Below the pieces are notes generated by a model. It did no database searches. It saw only the letters and a program-made list of their open reading frames with translations, and was not told the DNA's origin. DNA of 62,947 nt, counting the filler, from Basidiobolus ranarum (Eukaryota), in assembly GCA_040143965.1 (NCBI GenBank). It is 10 parts of 10 records of this genome, joined end to end, with 100 filler letters (N's around TTAATTAATTAA, not from the genome) between each part and the next. Parts side by side here need not be neighbours in the genome. Positions count along the whole stretch, not along the records: positions 37,872 to 44,070 come from JASJQH010001380.1; positions 44,171 to 50,368 come from JASJQH010001381.1; positions 50,469 to 56,660 come from JASJQH010001382.1; 7 more parts are not named here. One strand, given 5' to 3'. Position numbers and translations under genes: made by a program. This document shows, piece by piece, positions 39,879-53,932 of this stretch (positions are counted from its first letter, which is position 1; every line of letters begins with the position of its first letter).

Positions 39879-41430
39879 TCAGTGTGAACCACGATTACGC
39901 TGGATGTATTCCAACTCTTTGGGATAGTCTCTAAACTGCTTCTGTGTCTCTTTGGAGCAATACATTTTGATCCAAGGATGTCTCTTTGCCTCTAGGAGAG
40001 GCATGCGCTCAGCAGGGTTGTGAACCAATAGCTATCATGAAGAATGGTTAGGTCATATTAACAACCAATGCGAAATGTAACACTTCTGAACTTACTCTGC
40101 GAATAAAATCACTCGCTTGAGGTGATAAATGGTCGGGAATTTTCAGGTCTACCTTGGAAATGCGCTTGTAGGTAGCCTTGATGCTGGACAAGTCTTCGAA
40201 TGGTGGATTGCCAACAAGGAATTCATATGTCAATACACCCAGACTCCACAAATCCACATGTATACTATGATCGCGACCCTCTACCATTTCGGGTGGAAGG
40301 TAATCTAGAGTACCGCAAAGGGTGGTTCGTCTGTAATGTAATGATATTTAGCTAGAATACAAACAGCTATCCAATAGGAGAAACAGTCATTACCGATTCG
40401 TTTGGTTATGGTGAACTGACCAGCCAAAATCAGCCAATTTGACCTGGTTGTCCATAGTCAAGAGTAGATTCTCGGGCTTGATGTCACGATGGATTACGTG
40501 CTTGGAATGAAGATAGTGAAGCGCATCTGCAATTTGGCCGATGTACTACATAGAATCTATTAGAAGATGGGAGGGGTGAACTTTGATTGAGAAAATACTA
40601 ACTGTAGCGGCGGTAGCTTCATCGTAATGAGTTATCTTACGTAGTTCCTTGTATAACTCACCTTTGGATGCAAATTCGATAATCAGGTAGATTTTGGTTT
40701 CATCAAAGAAATATCCAAACAATCGAAGAATATTTGGATGTCTGCATATACCGGTCAGCAGTTAGTATAGTTCTAAATAAACCGACAAAGCCTTGAAGAG
40801 TTCACCTTAAATGAGTTTGAATTTCAATTTCTCTTCGTACTTGCTTTTCAAGCTGAGATTCGACAAGCTCAGTTTTGTGTAGTACTTTTAATGCTACAAT
40901 ATAGTTATTGGATTTCGCTCTAGCCAAGTACACTCTGCCGAATTTGCCTCTTCCAAGTGATTTTCCGATTTGGAAATCGTCTAGACTCCAAGAAGTCGGC
41001 TTAATAAACCTTTCGAGGGGTTGAGTAGGACTCTTTTGTTCAAGTAACTAGTAGCAAATAACTAACCTTTCGTCGACACCAATGCTGGTCTTATCTTTAC
41101 TTCCTTGGAGGGTTCTTTTCGAAGCAACCGACGTAGCTTTAGAACCGATATCTGGAGGTGGCATTAACTGAGCGTCGGTAAATTTGGCTTGAGCTACGGT
41201 ACTATTGATTGAGGTAGTAGGAGCCTTCTTCATGAGACGATTAGCTAACGCGCTATTCAACATGCTCACTTTCGATAAGGATGGATTTTGGGGAATTTTT
41301 CGAGGAATATTTTGAGCGGGGATTCCATCTTGACCTTGAGCTTTACTTCTAGTCTAAAAAAAGAGATTTTCAATAGATATTAGATATGTCGACTCTACCT
41401 TGCAACAAAAAAGATAAACTTTATTACCAT
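39879..41430 (-). CDS. IPL1: Aurora kinase (Ipl1/Ark1), multi-exon; first coding exon appears to be only ATG
   Basis: [62 protein letters not shown]. Confidence 0.93.
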
Positions 41431-41992
41431 TGGTTTCTTTTCTTTATCATAAGGATCTCCACTACGTAACTTGGAGTCAGACTTCTTCACTAAATTCATA
41501 TCTATCCACCAGCACAACCGAATAGCTCACTTCTCTATTTCAAATAAACAAAACATGAAATAAATTCGCATCATATCTGAGTATTTTTACCAAAACAATA
41601 AACAAATAACCGCTATAGCCAATAGAGTGGATGCAAGTCTTATTGATAAGAATTGATTGGATGATTACTTTCCGAGTGAGCAATTTCATGGTACATCCAT
41701 CTACTACTGAAATACGATCTGTACACCGTAAACTATTTCTGAGGGAACGAATTTCTTTATGGCGCTATTATAACAAATGTGCCTAAAGCTTATTCAACAT
41801 ACGAAATTTACAGTAAATTAACCTTATACAGCTCAAGCTGTTGTGATACTTTGGGTAAGTTAAACAAAATATTTATTGACAGTAATTATAGAATTGAATG
41901 TTCTGGATTTGTATGAATTAAAACTCGTTTAGACTGAAGAAAATTGTTCGATGTGTTATCTAAAGGTATTAGTCTATCATGAAATATGAAGA

Positions 41993-43349
41993 TTAGATTT
42001 CCAGGTCTTTAGGCTGTTCCCATGAGAACTCCTCACGACCAAAGTGACCATAGCATGCAGTCTTGGAGTAAATGGGCTTGAAGAGGTTCAGTTCCTTGAC
42101 AATCACTCCGGGTCTCAAGTCCCAGTTCTTCTTGACAATCTCCAACAACTCGATGTTGCTCTTGACTCCGGTACCATAGGTGTCAACAAAGATGGATAAT
42201 GGCTCGGCAACACCAATAGCATAGGAGAGCTGGACTAAGCAGCGACGAGCTAACTTGGCAGCAACGAGTGACTTGGCAATCCATCGAGCTGTGTATGCTG
42301 CTGAGCGATCGACCTTGGACCAATCCTTGCCAGAGAAGGCACCACCACCATGAGCTCCCCAACCACCATATGTGTCGACAATGATCTTGCGTCCAGTAAG
42401 ACCTGCATCACCTTGAGGTCCACCAATAATGAACTTGCCTGATGGATTCAAGTGATAGACAGTCTTGTCATCAAGGAACTTGGCTGGGATCACAGAGTCG
42501 ATTACCTTCTCTTTGAGTTCACGACGAATAGTCTCGTTGTCAACATCGGCTGCGTGTTGAGTGGAGATGACCACAGTGTCCACACGGAGTGGGATCATGG
42601 CCCCATTCTCATTTCTATATTCGACAGTGACCTGGGTCTTAGAGTCAGGAAGAAGCCATGGGAGAGTGCCATCACGACGGAGCTGACTCATCTTGTAGTT
42701 CAACTTGTGTGAGAGGGTCACTGTCAAGGGCATCAACTCTGGGGTCTCGTCAGTGGCATAACCAAACATGATTCCTTGATCACCAGCACCGGTATCCTCG
42801 ATGGCTTGGCTCACTTGAACCAATCCTTGAGCGATATCTGGAGATTGTTGTTCGATAGCTACCAGCACATTGCAAGTCTTGTAGTCGAAACCTTTCTCGG
42901 AGTGATCGTAACCGATGTTGCGAATGGTCTCTCTGATTACCTTCTGATAGTCGATTTGAGCCTTGGTAGTGATCTCTCCGAAGACCATGATCATTCCGGT
43001 CTTGGCTGCAGTCTCACATGCTACCTTGGATAGAGGATCTTGGGCTAAGCAAGCATCGAGGATAGCGTCAGAGATTTGGTCACAAATCTTGTCTGTTGGG
43101 TTGAGGACAAATCAAATGGTTAGTTCAATGCCTCAAAAAACGTATAGAACTACGATGAACATATGGTATCGAGTAGCGGCAAGTTATCGCACTGCAACAA
43201 CTTAACCACTCCGAGCTTAAGATACCAATATTCCTATAGAAACGTATAGTGGAGTGGATACAAGTAAATGAGGAGTACTAACCAGGGTGACCTTCACCGA
43301 CAGACTCGGAAGTAAAGAGGAAAGTATCTTGTTCAGCAGCAAGGGTCAT
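41993..43349 (-). CDS. SAM2: S-adenosylmethionine synthetase (single intron 43282-43093)
   Basis: [37 protein letters not shown]; ends WEQPKDLEI*. Confidence 0.98.
43138..43249 (-). promoter_or_regulatory. Structured RNA element inside the SAM-synthetase intron (candidate splicing regulator)
   Basis: Sense-strand stems GAAUAUUGGUAUC/GAUACCAUAUGUUC, GAGUGG/CUACUC and AAGUUGUUGC/GCGAUAACUU with G-U pairs, flanked by a direct repeat CUAUACGUUU. The function is inferred. Confidence 0.5.
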
Positions 43350-43943
43350 TGATTGAAAATTGATAATCCAAGATTAGGAGAAGCACGATATGGTAGAGGT
43401 GCCTCAAGCACAGTTTATATAGTGATTTATCAAACGTATTAGTCGAGACGGATCTATCTATAGTCTCAGCTATCCCCTTGATCCAAGTTGGATGTACTGT
43501 ACCACGTTCTGAAATGTAATAATAAGTCCATTTAATCAGCATAAATGGTATGTATCACAGCAGATAGGCCAATGGAAAACAAACACTGGGCATGAATTCT
43601 CACATCATTCGATGCAAATATGCTTCATATTCCATGTTTTATTCTTTACAAATCAAATAATGCGATGAACTCCCTCCATGGCGTCATTTTGATAGGTGAC
43701 GCAAGGAGATCCAACTAGTGATCTACACTATTTTCATACTTTCTCATACTTGTTACTATAGAAATTGAAAATAAGGAAAAATTTATTTGATGGTTTCCGG
43801 AACCATAAGCCCGTTATTTATCATATTGCACCATTCTTAACAAAACCAATCATAGCATAGTATGTATTGAATATTTATTATTGTAAGTAGATTATTAAAA
43901 TTGCTTGCGAAAATGTCCGATAATTGATAATGTCCTGTCTTAC

Positions 43944-44070
43944 TTATAATTCTAGATTCTTAGGCTGTTCCCATGAGAACTCCTCACGACCAAAGTGACC
44001 ATAGCATGCAGTCTTGGAGTAAATGGGCTTGAAGAGGTTCAGTTCCTTGACAATCACTCCGGGTCTCAAG
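43944..44070 (-). CDS. 3' end of a second, tandem SAM synthetase copy
   Basis: 43960-44070 is identical to 42009-42119 (111 bp). It ends KNLEL* instead of KDLEI* and has a different 3' UTR. Confidence 0.85.
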
Positions 44071-44170
44071 NNNNNNNNNNNNNNNNNNNNNNNNNNNNNN
44101 NNNNNNNNNNNNNNTTAATTAATTAANNNNNNNNNNNNNNNNNNNNNNNNNNNNNNNNNNNNNNNNNNNN
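44071..44170. other. Artificial contig spacer
   Basis: 44 N + TTAATTAATTAA + 44 N. Confidence 0.99.
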
Positions 44171-46382
44171 AGAAGATTGGGGTGGGGAATAGGTAAGTGC
44201 TCTCCAACCTCGCGCACAATTGGGACAATAATCAAGGCGGCAACTGTATGGGAGACAAAGGTAGCGAATACAAGAATCAAGAATGAGAAGATGGCCAAAA
44301 TCGAGATAACTTCAAGATCTTGAACTCCATCCTTGATACGAAGGGCAATATCCTGAAGCAATCCGGATGAGGTAACCGCATTACCTAGTGCCATACCTCC
44401 TTGAGCTAGGACTACAACCGACCACAAGAAATTGTTGAGATCATCTTTACCCAGAACTCCTGTACCAAAGAACATGAATAGTGGGACAGCGGCAATGATA
44501 CCCGTATCTCCAATATGATCTTCCATGCTAGTCTCTGAGCACCATAATGCGATTGTCAGAATGGTAATGAAAACCACGTAAAGCTGAGTCCAGTTGGCCT
44601 TGCCTTTAGTCGGTTTGATCGTGTTAAGATGTGGACTTGCACGATCGGGACGGTAAACTAGTAAAAGAATACCCCAGGAAACGAATACTGACAAGATCGA
44701 GATTGGTAATGCTACTGCAAACCACTTGCCCCAACCAGGGTTAGGCTGAATATACTGGATGGTAACAATGTTTTGGGGGGATGAGATAGGAGATGTCATA
44801 CCCCCGATACAACTGGCGAGGGCGATACCAAGAAGAAGACAACGTGCTACTGGCGAGTTGTCAGAGAGTGTACGCATAATTGGGTCAATAAGGGAGCAGC
44901 AGAGGACAGGAGTGGCAACATTGGAGATCCACATACTAAGGAAGGCTGCTACAAACATGATAGCAAGTAGAACCCAACGTGGACGAGTACCGGCACGAGA
45001 TAAGACATGTGAAGCAAAGGCTTTAGCAATACCATATTTAGATAAGGCAGCAGCGAGGGCAAATCCACCAAGTAACATCATGATAGTACCACTGAACATT
45101 GACTGAAAGACAACTTTGGATGCTGCCTTCGCTGCCATTTGAGTTCCGTCCGGATTACGCATGATACCGAGAGGTACGATGAGAAAAGGAATCATGAATG
45201 AGGTAGCATAAATTGGGATGGCCTCAGTAGCCCACATGATTGCTGAAAATATCAACAGTGCAAAGCAATAATTCTCTTGGCGATTATCAAAACAATTGAT
45301 ATTCAAAAGAACAATTAAAGCAACAATGGCAAGTGAGAAGCAACATATTTGTCGTAAAAGACCCTTGCTGATATGATACTTGCTAAATGGAAGCTTGACT
45401 GTAGAAACAGTTTTATCCTTGAGATGAGCGTCATTAATTCTACGTTCTTGTCCAACCATATCCTTCCAGACAGTGTTACGGTCAAATGCTACTTGATCGC
45501 GTAAATGAGACTTCATCTGACGAATAGCCATCTGACGATTACCATAACATAATGCCTGTGCGTAGATGTACTCGACGTGCTCAATTCGAGCTCGAAGCAC
45601 ATTAACTGTCTTGGGGGTAAAAGGTTGTGAGTCAAGCACCATCTTGGGTAAGTATTGCTGCCTCAAGTTTCCATCAAGTAATTTATCGTACTTCTTAAGA
45701 ATCTTCTCGAACGCAGTACGATTAAGCTCTATGTAGGACTCAAGTTCTGAGAGGGAAACAAATAGGCTTATGAGTTGAGAACGCAAGTCAACAAGCTGTT
45801 CAACGTATACTCTAGAGTCGCGCGTAGTTTGACGTGATAAACGTGATTCGAATGAAATTCTTGTGGTGGACTTGCGACGAGGACGTACAATTGGCTGTTC
45901 CAAGTCGGGCTCAACCATAGGGGCGGATTTCTCGGAAGGCTTTTCGGAAGGTTTCTCATTGAGCAAGTATAAGGTAGAATCGAGATTCTCGAGAGGGCTG
46001 TGAACAGATTTGCGCATGGGGCCCATTGATGCACTACGATTGATGCTGTGCTCGGCTGCAACGACTTGTTCAAGCTCATCTAGACGCGCATAAAGTTCTG
46101 TTTCTTGTTGGATATAAAAGTCGAAGACCTTTTCTAGTTGCATGTCGAGAGCAGTCAAGAACTTGGCCTCATCATCATGACGACGTTCCTCTGTGAGCTC
46201 TGGGTTTTCGACACGTTCTTTTTCAAGATGGAATATGATCTTTTTCAAAGCGTCGTAACTAAATGTTTCTGAATTAGTATACGTTCTGACTGAATACATC
46301 AATCTAGGTAATTTACTTACGCTACATATTTCTCAATCCAGTCAGGCACCGCATTGAGTTGCAGTTGGTGCGAAAACTTCAT
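44171..46382 (-). CDS. SPX-domain low-affinity phosphate transporter (Pho87/90/91 family; intron 46320-46259; 3' truncated)
   Basis: MKFSHQLQLNAVPDW...YDALKK, LNRTAFEKILKKYDK (SPX); DASS membrane motifs WATEAIP, SMWISNVATP, SPISSPQN, TFVSHTVAA. Confidence 0.93.
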
Positions 46383-47343
46383 GGCAGGGAAATGGGTAGA
46401 GGTGTGGGTTAGACGAACAAGGAGTTAGGGAGCCAAAATGTGTTCCCTTCTAAAATAGTTTTTTTTCGATGGCTCGAGGCTAAAACTTTACTCCGGCTCA
46501 ATGAATGGTCTAGTAACAGTAGCATACTGATTGGACCATCTGAAGTCACATGGGACAAATAGCAAGGTGATGTTCCGTCTCCATTATAGTACCTTCCATC
46601 TTGCCTCTCTCTTCCGTAAGCGATCATGCCAACTATTGAGCTTAACCATAAAAAAATATCTCACGTATCAGCTTTCATCTACCCAGTAAGGAAGGCTTAA
46701 TCTAAGATAGATTGAGTACTGATTATCCGATAGTGCTACATAGAAATCCATCAAATCCCCATCTGGACCGCCAAGTGACAATGTATAGTATGAATGAATT
46801 GATTACTTGTAAACCAAACCATATATCCTTGTTAGGATTTGGAATACTGAGGATTCTCCCTGCCCCAAAGTATCCAGGGGAATAACGGAGGCAGCTTCGG
46901 AAGGAAGGGAAAGAAATGGAACGCAATGGTGAGCAAATAGAGCCGAAAACCATGGTACACTTTATTGAAAACCCACCCCAATCATTGATTATTCATTGCC
47001 TTTAGCATAATTAATTCGGCAGATCTCCTGCGTAACATGGTGCCACCAGTACAACTACTGACTCAGGGCCTTGGAGAAAACCAAGCACCAAACGTAGCAC
47101 AAAGCATGTCATTTTGTTAATGAGCGAGATACCAAGCGGCAAGAGAGAATGGAAATGCCGTTTTGGTACCTACACGTCAACTCAAATATTTTCCACTAAA
47201 ATTCAGTCCCAACCCAAACCGAAATAAAGCTGAAGTATTAGTTCAAACGGGGATAGTGAGTGAGCCAAGCCGAATAAGATTAGTCCACAGCAAACGTTAA
47301 ATACTATCGAGAAGTTTTAAAAACAAGGACAATGATCAACTCA

Positions 47344-48400
47344 TTAGCTCTGAAGAAAATAGCGTAATCTGTAAATGTTGGGGCAATAGCGACGTTTAAT
47401 TAGACAACACTCAAGAAACTCATATGCGCGATGACAGTGTGGGAATGGGATTTCTTTCCATTCTTGGTAAATACCGTATTTGTAGTACAGATCATGATAT
47501 TTTCTCCATTTGTGGATCATTAAATGAGAGTACAATGAAAGAGCGCAGGCTGACTCTAGATCACAATGCCGTCACATAGTGTTCGATACAATATTTCCCG
47601 ATATAAGCAGAGTGAGTATCCAATAAAGAGTGCTGGATATTGCAAGCGGCTAAGAGATATTTTCAGATGATGATTGAGTGTGTCTGGTATGGTGCAATCC
47701 AGAGCCAGCAGGGTATTTTGACCGACCGATCTACTAATCGAGATATCTGATTGTAAGGCCAGGTCCATAATGTAATGATAGCGATATCTAAAAGGATTAT
47801 CCCATACGATACGAAAGGCATATTAATGCTCAAGACGGACGAAAAGCAGAGATTGAGGTAGAGAAAGAAGCACGTGGATCCAGGGCCAGGTTAGACAGAA
47901 TATCCTCTGACCAAGTTGCCTGTCTAGTTGCACCCAGTATATGGAGTATTTCGATATAGAATCCAGCTTGAACAGAGGTTCGATCGAATGCACCAGGAGT
48001 AAGTCCGAGATCATGGGCCATATGAAAATTTTTCCTGACCAATACCTATCCCACGTGGGTGAGCGCAAGTCATTGAGGGGCTGATAGATAATTCCATTTC
48101 TGATTGCCCACAAATATATCCCTCCCAATTGACGAATCAGCGAGCTTTTCGAGATCCAGAATGTCTCAAAATATTTTAGCGCGTATGGAAGGTTACAGTA
48201 GTGATTTTCCCTTCAGCAAGGAATGTGAAAATTGCTAGGTTTAGACCAGGGGCGTGAGAGCTCGCTGTGTTCATTTGTGACATCGGATGCGGAAACAGAG
48301 TCGATACCCTTAGCATGGATATATGAGGAGCTACCGGATCGATCGTAAAAATAGCGAGCAAATTGTGGCTGGTTTTGGTCATCCTGATCAGTGCTCAATC
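47344..48400 (-). pseudogene. Decayed coding-like segment, possibly a non-LTR retroelement relic
   Basis: Several short overlapping minus-strand ORFs. One contains LWAIRNGII, similar to the WxxRNxxIF motif of L1-like ORF2 C-termini. Confidence 0.25.
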
Positions 48401-49223
48401 GGTCGTTGTGATTCCACGCCGGGGATAGATACGCTGTACTCGTTCAATCTCGAAGAATTGTGCTTTAATGACACCGCACAAGGCGTGCGATAAGCTGTAC
48501 GATAGGATCGCCGCTAAGCAGCTCGGTAGATTATTAGTGGATTACATGGCCATGCAATTCAATCCTATTCAAGACGCTCAAGATAATTTTACGGTGGTTT
48601 CTACCTGACTCTGCTGACTGACTTGTTAACTGAAAGTAACTAGTATAGCTCTATTCCCTTTTTATTGGTTGAAACCAAAATATTAGTCGCTGATTCGGAT
48701 ATGCGTCATTCAAATATCAATATATCTCTGAAGTTTCAAGTGAAATATGGTGCTTGATGTTGTTTCACACTTGGTGACATAATGATGATGAAAACATGCG
48801 CATGTTTTAAGCAAATGGGCGCATGTATTTTATGCACTGACTGGGACATATTTTGCAGATACTCATCTACCTCTAGGGGCATTCGCTATGTTGTGATGAG
48901 TAGGGGGTGCCAAATTGAACTTCTAGGTGTTTCTCTGGATATATGTTTGACCAAGTGACAATCGTGATTTCAACTCTTCAGCCTTATTTTTCTGATCACC
49001 TTTGCATGTAGCTTTAACATTTTTCACACCCAAATAAGATACAAAAATTGAAGTGCTATCAGTTATACAGTTATCAAGCGTCTTGCCCACACGCTAAGTA
49101 ATACATCACAATGTTGTTGGAGCGACTTGAACAAAAGATGAATTAATATATTGTCGGTGTAGCTGTATCACGGTTAGACCAGACTTTCATGTATATTGCT
49201 ATTTAAACTTTGGGTGTTAGTTC

Positions 49224-49571
49224 TGCTGAAATTAGCATTGCCAAAACACCTATATAGTCATATATAGCTCGGTATTTAGTTATCCTGTATTGAATAAAGA
49301 TATCACCCATTTTTCTCACGAGGAGTTTACTTTGAATATTGATAGCAACTTTGAAGTTCTCATATATATGGATTTTTCAAACTTGTGCTAGAAGGCCCAT
49401 ACTTTGCGCACATGTTCCTGGGACCTTCCTTAACACATTCTACACGTTAGTTTGTTTAAATCTTGACAAAACTATAAATGTCAACTTTCTACTCAATAAA
49501 TCAATAAGTGAAAACCACCAATTTCACTAATTCTCCAAACCACTTCCAACAGGCTCCCAAATACTTTAACA
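49224..49571 (+). mobile_element. Solo LTR (same copia family), 348 bp
   Basis: TGCTGAAATTAGCATTGC...ATACTTTAACA, colinear with 8185-8533. No perfect TSD. Confidence 0.85.
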
Positions 49572-49581
49572 TACTTCACCT

Positions 49582-49861
49582 TGTTGAAATTAGCATTGCA
49601 TAAGCACCTATATAGTCATATATAGCTTAGTACTTAGTTATCTTATATTGAACTAAGATATTATCCATTATTCTTAATCTGAATTTACTTGGAATATTTT
49701 TACCAACTTAGAAGTTCTCAGATATATAGATTTTTTCAAACTTGTGCTGGAAGCCCCAAACCTTGCACACATGTTCCTGGGACCTTCCTTAACACATTCT
49801 ACATGTTAGTTTGTTTACATGTTGACATAACTATGAATGTCAACTGAATATGCAATAAATC
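49582..49861 (+). mobile_element. Truncated LTR copy ending at telomere-like repeats
   Basis: TGTTGAAATTAGCATTGC start; homology stops at about 49861, where GGGTTAGGG begins. Confidence 0.82.
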
Positions 49862-50368
49862 AGGGTTAGGGTTTGGGTTAGGCAGATGAAAAGCACCAGA
49901 TGGTGTGGACTTTATTTAGGGTTAGGGAGAGACAGTCACCAAAAGGTGAAATCTTTATTTCAAACAAAACAAAGAAGCCATAACTACTTTTGTAGTTTCT
50001 TAACTAATGTATGGAGATCAGGAGTATTTGTATGAATGTTGCAAAGCAGAAAAGTTAAGTCAGTATAATCTAAGACATTGTTAAGTGGAGTCGGAGGGAG
50101 TAACAACGGTAAAAATGGTTTGTCAACAATGGAAATTAGTGGAATGAGACTAGGATTAACATAAAGCATAAAGGGAGTATGTTTCTGAAGATATTGCTGC
50201 CAAAGGTCCACCAAGTATTCCTTGTAGGCAAGGGAGGGCTTCTCAGCTTGTTCTATAAAGGAAGCAAATTTTCTGACTTCATGATCTCCTAGCAGTATTC
50301 TCCAGCAAGAAGAAGAATTAGTCAAGTGGGAGCTTCTCCAGGACTTAATCAGAGGGTTCTGACTCTTG
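49862..50368 (-). mobile_element. Putative retroelement 3' end: ORF tail plus 3' UTR with CCCTAA-like repeats
   Basis: Reading frame is open from the contig edge to a stop at 49984, followed by two AATAAAG-hairpin-CCTAACCC modules. No diagnostic protein motif is visible. Confidence 0.4.
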
Positions 50369-50468
50369 NNNNNNNNNNNNNNNNNNNNNNNNNNNNNNNN
50401 NNNNNNNNNNNNTTAATTAATTAANNNNNNNNNNNNNNNNNNNNNNNNNNNNNNNNNNNNNNNNNNNN
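50369..50468. other. Artificial contig spacer
   Basis: 44 N + TTAATTAATTAA + 44 N. Confidence 0.99.
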
Positions 50469-51886
50469 GTCCTTTAGCTGAATTATGGATATTTATAGTG
50501 GCTTTTAATTTAAAGTTCTTATCTAGAGCCTTAATCAAAAGATCTAGTTCAACTAGATACAAAACGATGTATTTCTGAATCGGGTTCGAATCTTACGAAC
50601 TAACTGGTTTCTGAAAGTTGACAAGATAAGGGATTTGAAAATACCCAGGTAAGTAATCCAAGTGAATGAAGGAGGGTGGGAATTAGGTTTGGAACTACTG
50701 TGAGATTTTCAGCATGATTACTCTGCGTCATTAAGATGACAAACAAAATTGTCATAAGATACGGCTTCATTTCATTTATTATTAGCCTCCTGTAAAATAA
50801 TCGACACGAACCGGTTTCAATCTATGTAACGATATATCTGAATGATACACAATACTAGAATCATGCACTCTTTGGTGCAATACCAATCAATGAAACATGA
50901 TACGTGGCTAGATTGGGAAGTTGCCTACGATTTATTCCATAACGCTTAGTAACTATTCTACGTTATTAAAATCCGGTTTAATCGACTTGGAACAGAAAAG
51001 TACCGCATGAATACAATCTATCCATGCATCCAATGATCTTTATCAATTCTCGGCAATTATTCTTGCGGTCTCTAGAATTACTATGTAAGGATAAGAGTCT
51101 ATGAGAGCTACCAGGATGAAAAGTATAAGCACTTCCTATATTCTTCTGGGTCTCGGCCAAGAACTTTCACTTCCAAAACCAGATATGAAGGATATTCAAA
51201 AGCATACAATATATAACCATCAACAAATCGATTTATTGCTGCCTTGAGCACGGTTGAACATGATTGTGTCTGTATGTCAGTGTACGGATATGTGTCTTAA
51301 TAAATCCTTACCAGTCAGATGCTGAATACTAATTGTCTACTCTGTAATTCATATATTTCTTACGAAAATACATAATAGGATCGATGTATGGTTGTTATTA
51401 ACATCGATAGATAATGTCGGCATCTCATATACAAGCTTTGGAGGGTGGAAAATTGATTTTTGTGTTTACTTTCCTAACATTAAGCTCTAGTTTTTGTTTA
51501 AACAATACACATTATTGTTGTGATTATTCTACTATACTTGAATGGAAAATAACAAAATCAATTTCTCTGTACATCTAAACTGATCATATAGAAACCGCAT
51601 ATCCAGAGCACAATCTCGCCATAGTAATGTTCGACTTCATTTGATCCATATGCCCTATGGCTAAGGAATTATGAAAATATGCTTCACTCACGTAGCTTCG
51701 AAGACCAACAAGGATTCCCGCTCATTTGAGTGAATGTTCCACCCCTGCTGTTGGCATGCTCTACAATAGCGATAAAAAATGCGCACTTGGATCGTTTTGC
51801 TCTCAGTCTACAACTTTTTAATGCAAATGGATAAGCGGCAATTCTCATGAAGTTATAATAAGGGAGCATTGACAATAATTACAAAT

Positions 51887-53122
<1,236 letters not shown>

Positions 53123-53932
53123 TTTTTAGAAAGTAAATGTGGTGAAAACCATTTCGACTATTTTATCTTGGATTCCTTAGAGATGATTTACTCGTAAAAT
53201 TCCATTCTATTTAGTAGTTGACTTCTTGGGATCTACAAATCATTTTGATATCATTATTGGCCAATATTCCATCATTTGGATCACTTATATGTCAATTACG
53301 ATACTGACTTGAATAAAACCGTATTTAATGTGTATTATTGGCAGATATATCCTTACAGTATGCAAATATGACTGATCCAACAAGTCGTTTTGGAATCATC
53401 AACATCCCTATATAGCCTCCTATTTCATCTTACTCACTAGTTTACCTCAGACATGATGCTCATTAGATCATACGTTGAATATGAATTATATAGCGAGCAC
53501 CGATTCAAGTAATATTATTTCCTCACAATAGTATCGTAACAGTAGCCCCTGACCATAATTCAACTAGGGTTGAGCACTACATCTCAACTGGATACCAGAA
53601 TTATTTAACATGTATGTGATCAACAGGTAGAACAAGCCTTTAATCTTGAAAACGGCATGACACCTGTTGATCAAGGTGAGTAGAGTGACTTTACAAAATA
53701 ATCAGGTACATTCATATACCTAGGCTTGGTTTTATTGAATGATTTGCAAACGAGTTTTTGGAATTTAAATGATAGTTGATGGAAGTATGAAGCAGCATAC
53801 ATTAAAGCATGGTGACCATAAAGTATTACTTATATGAAGACGAGAATGATTGAAATGTTCCATGACGCTTTTTACATGAACATTGTATTTGTGCGTGCTT
53901 GTGTGTGTGTGATGGTCGAATAAAGAACTTAA

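Noticed and set aside
49880-49955. Hammerhead ribozyme in the putative retroelement UTR
   Set aside because: CAGATGA and GAAA occur but not as a CUGANGA-stem II-GAAA core.
50469-50600. tRNA-like A box and GGTTCGAATC B box
   Set aside because: I could not build a cloverleaf with acceptor and anticodon stems.
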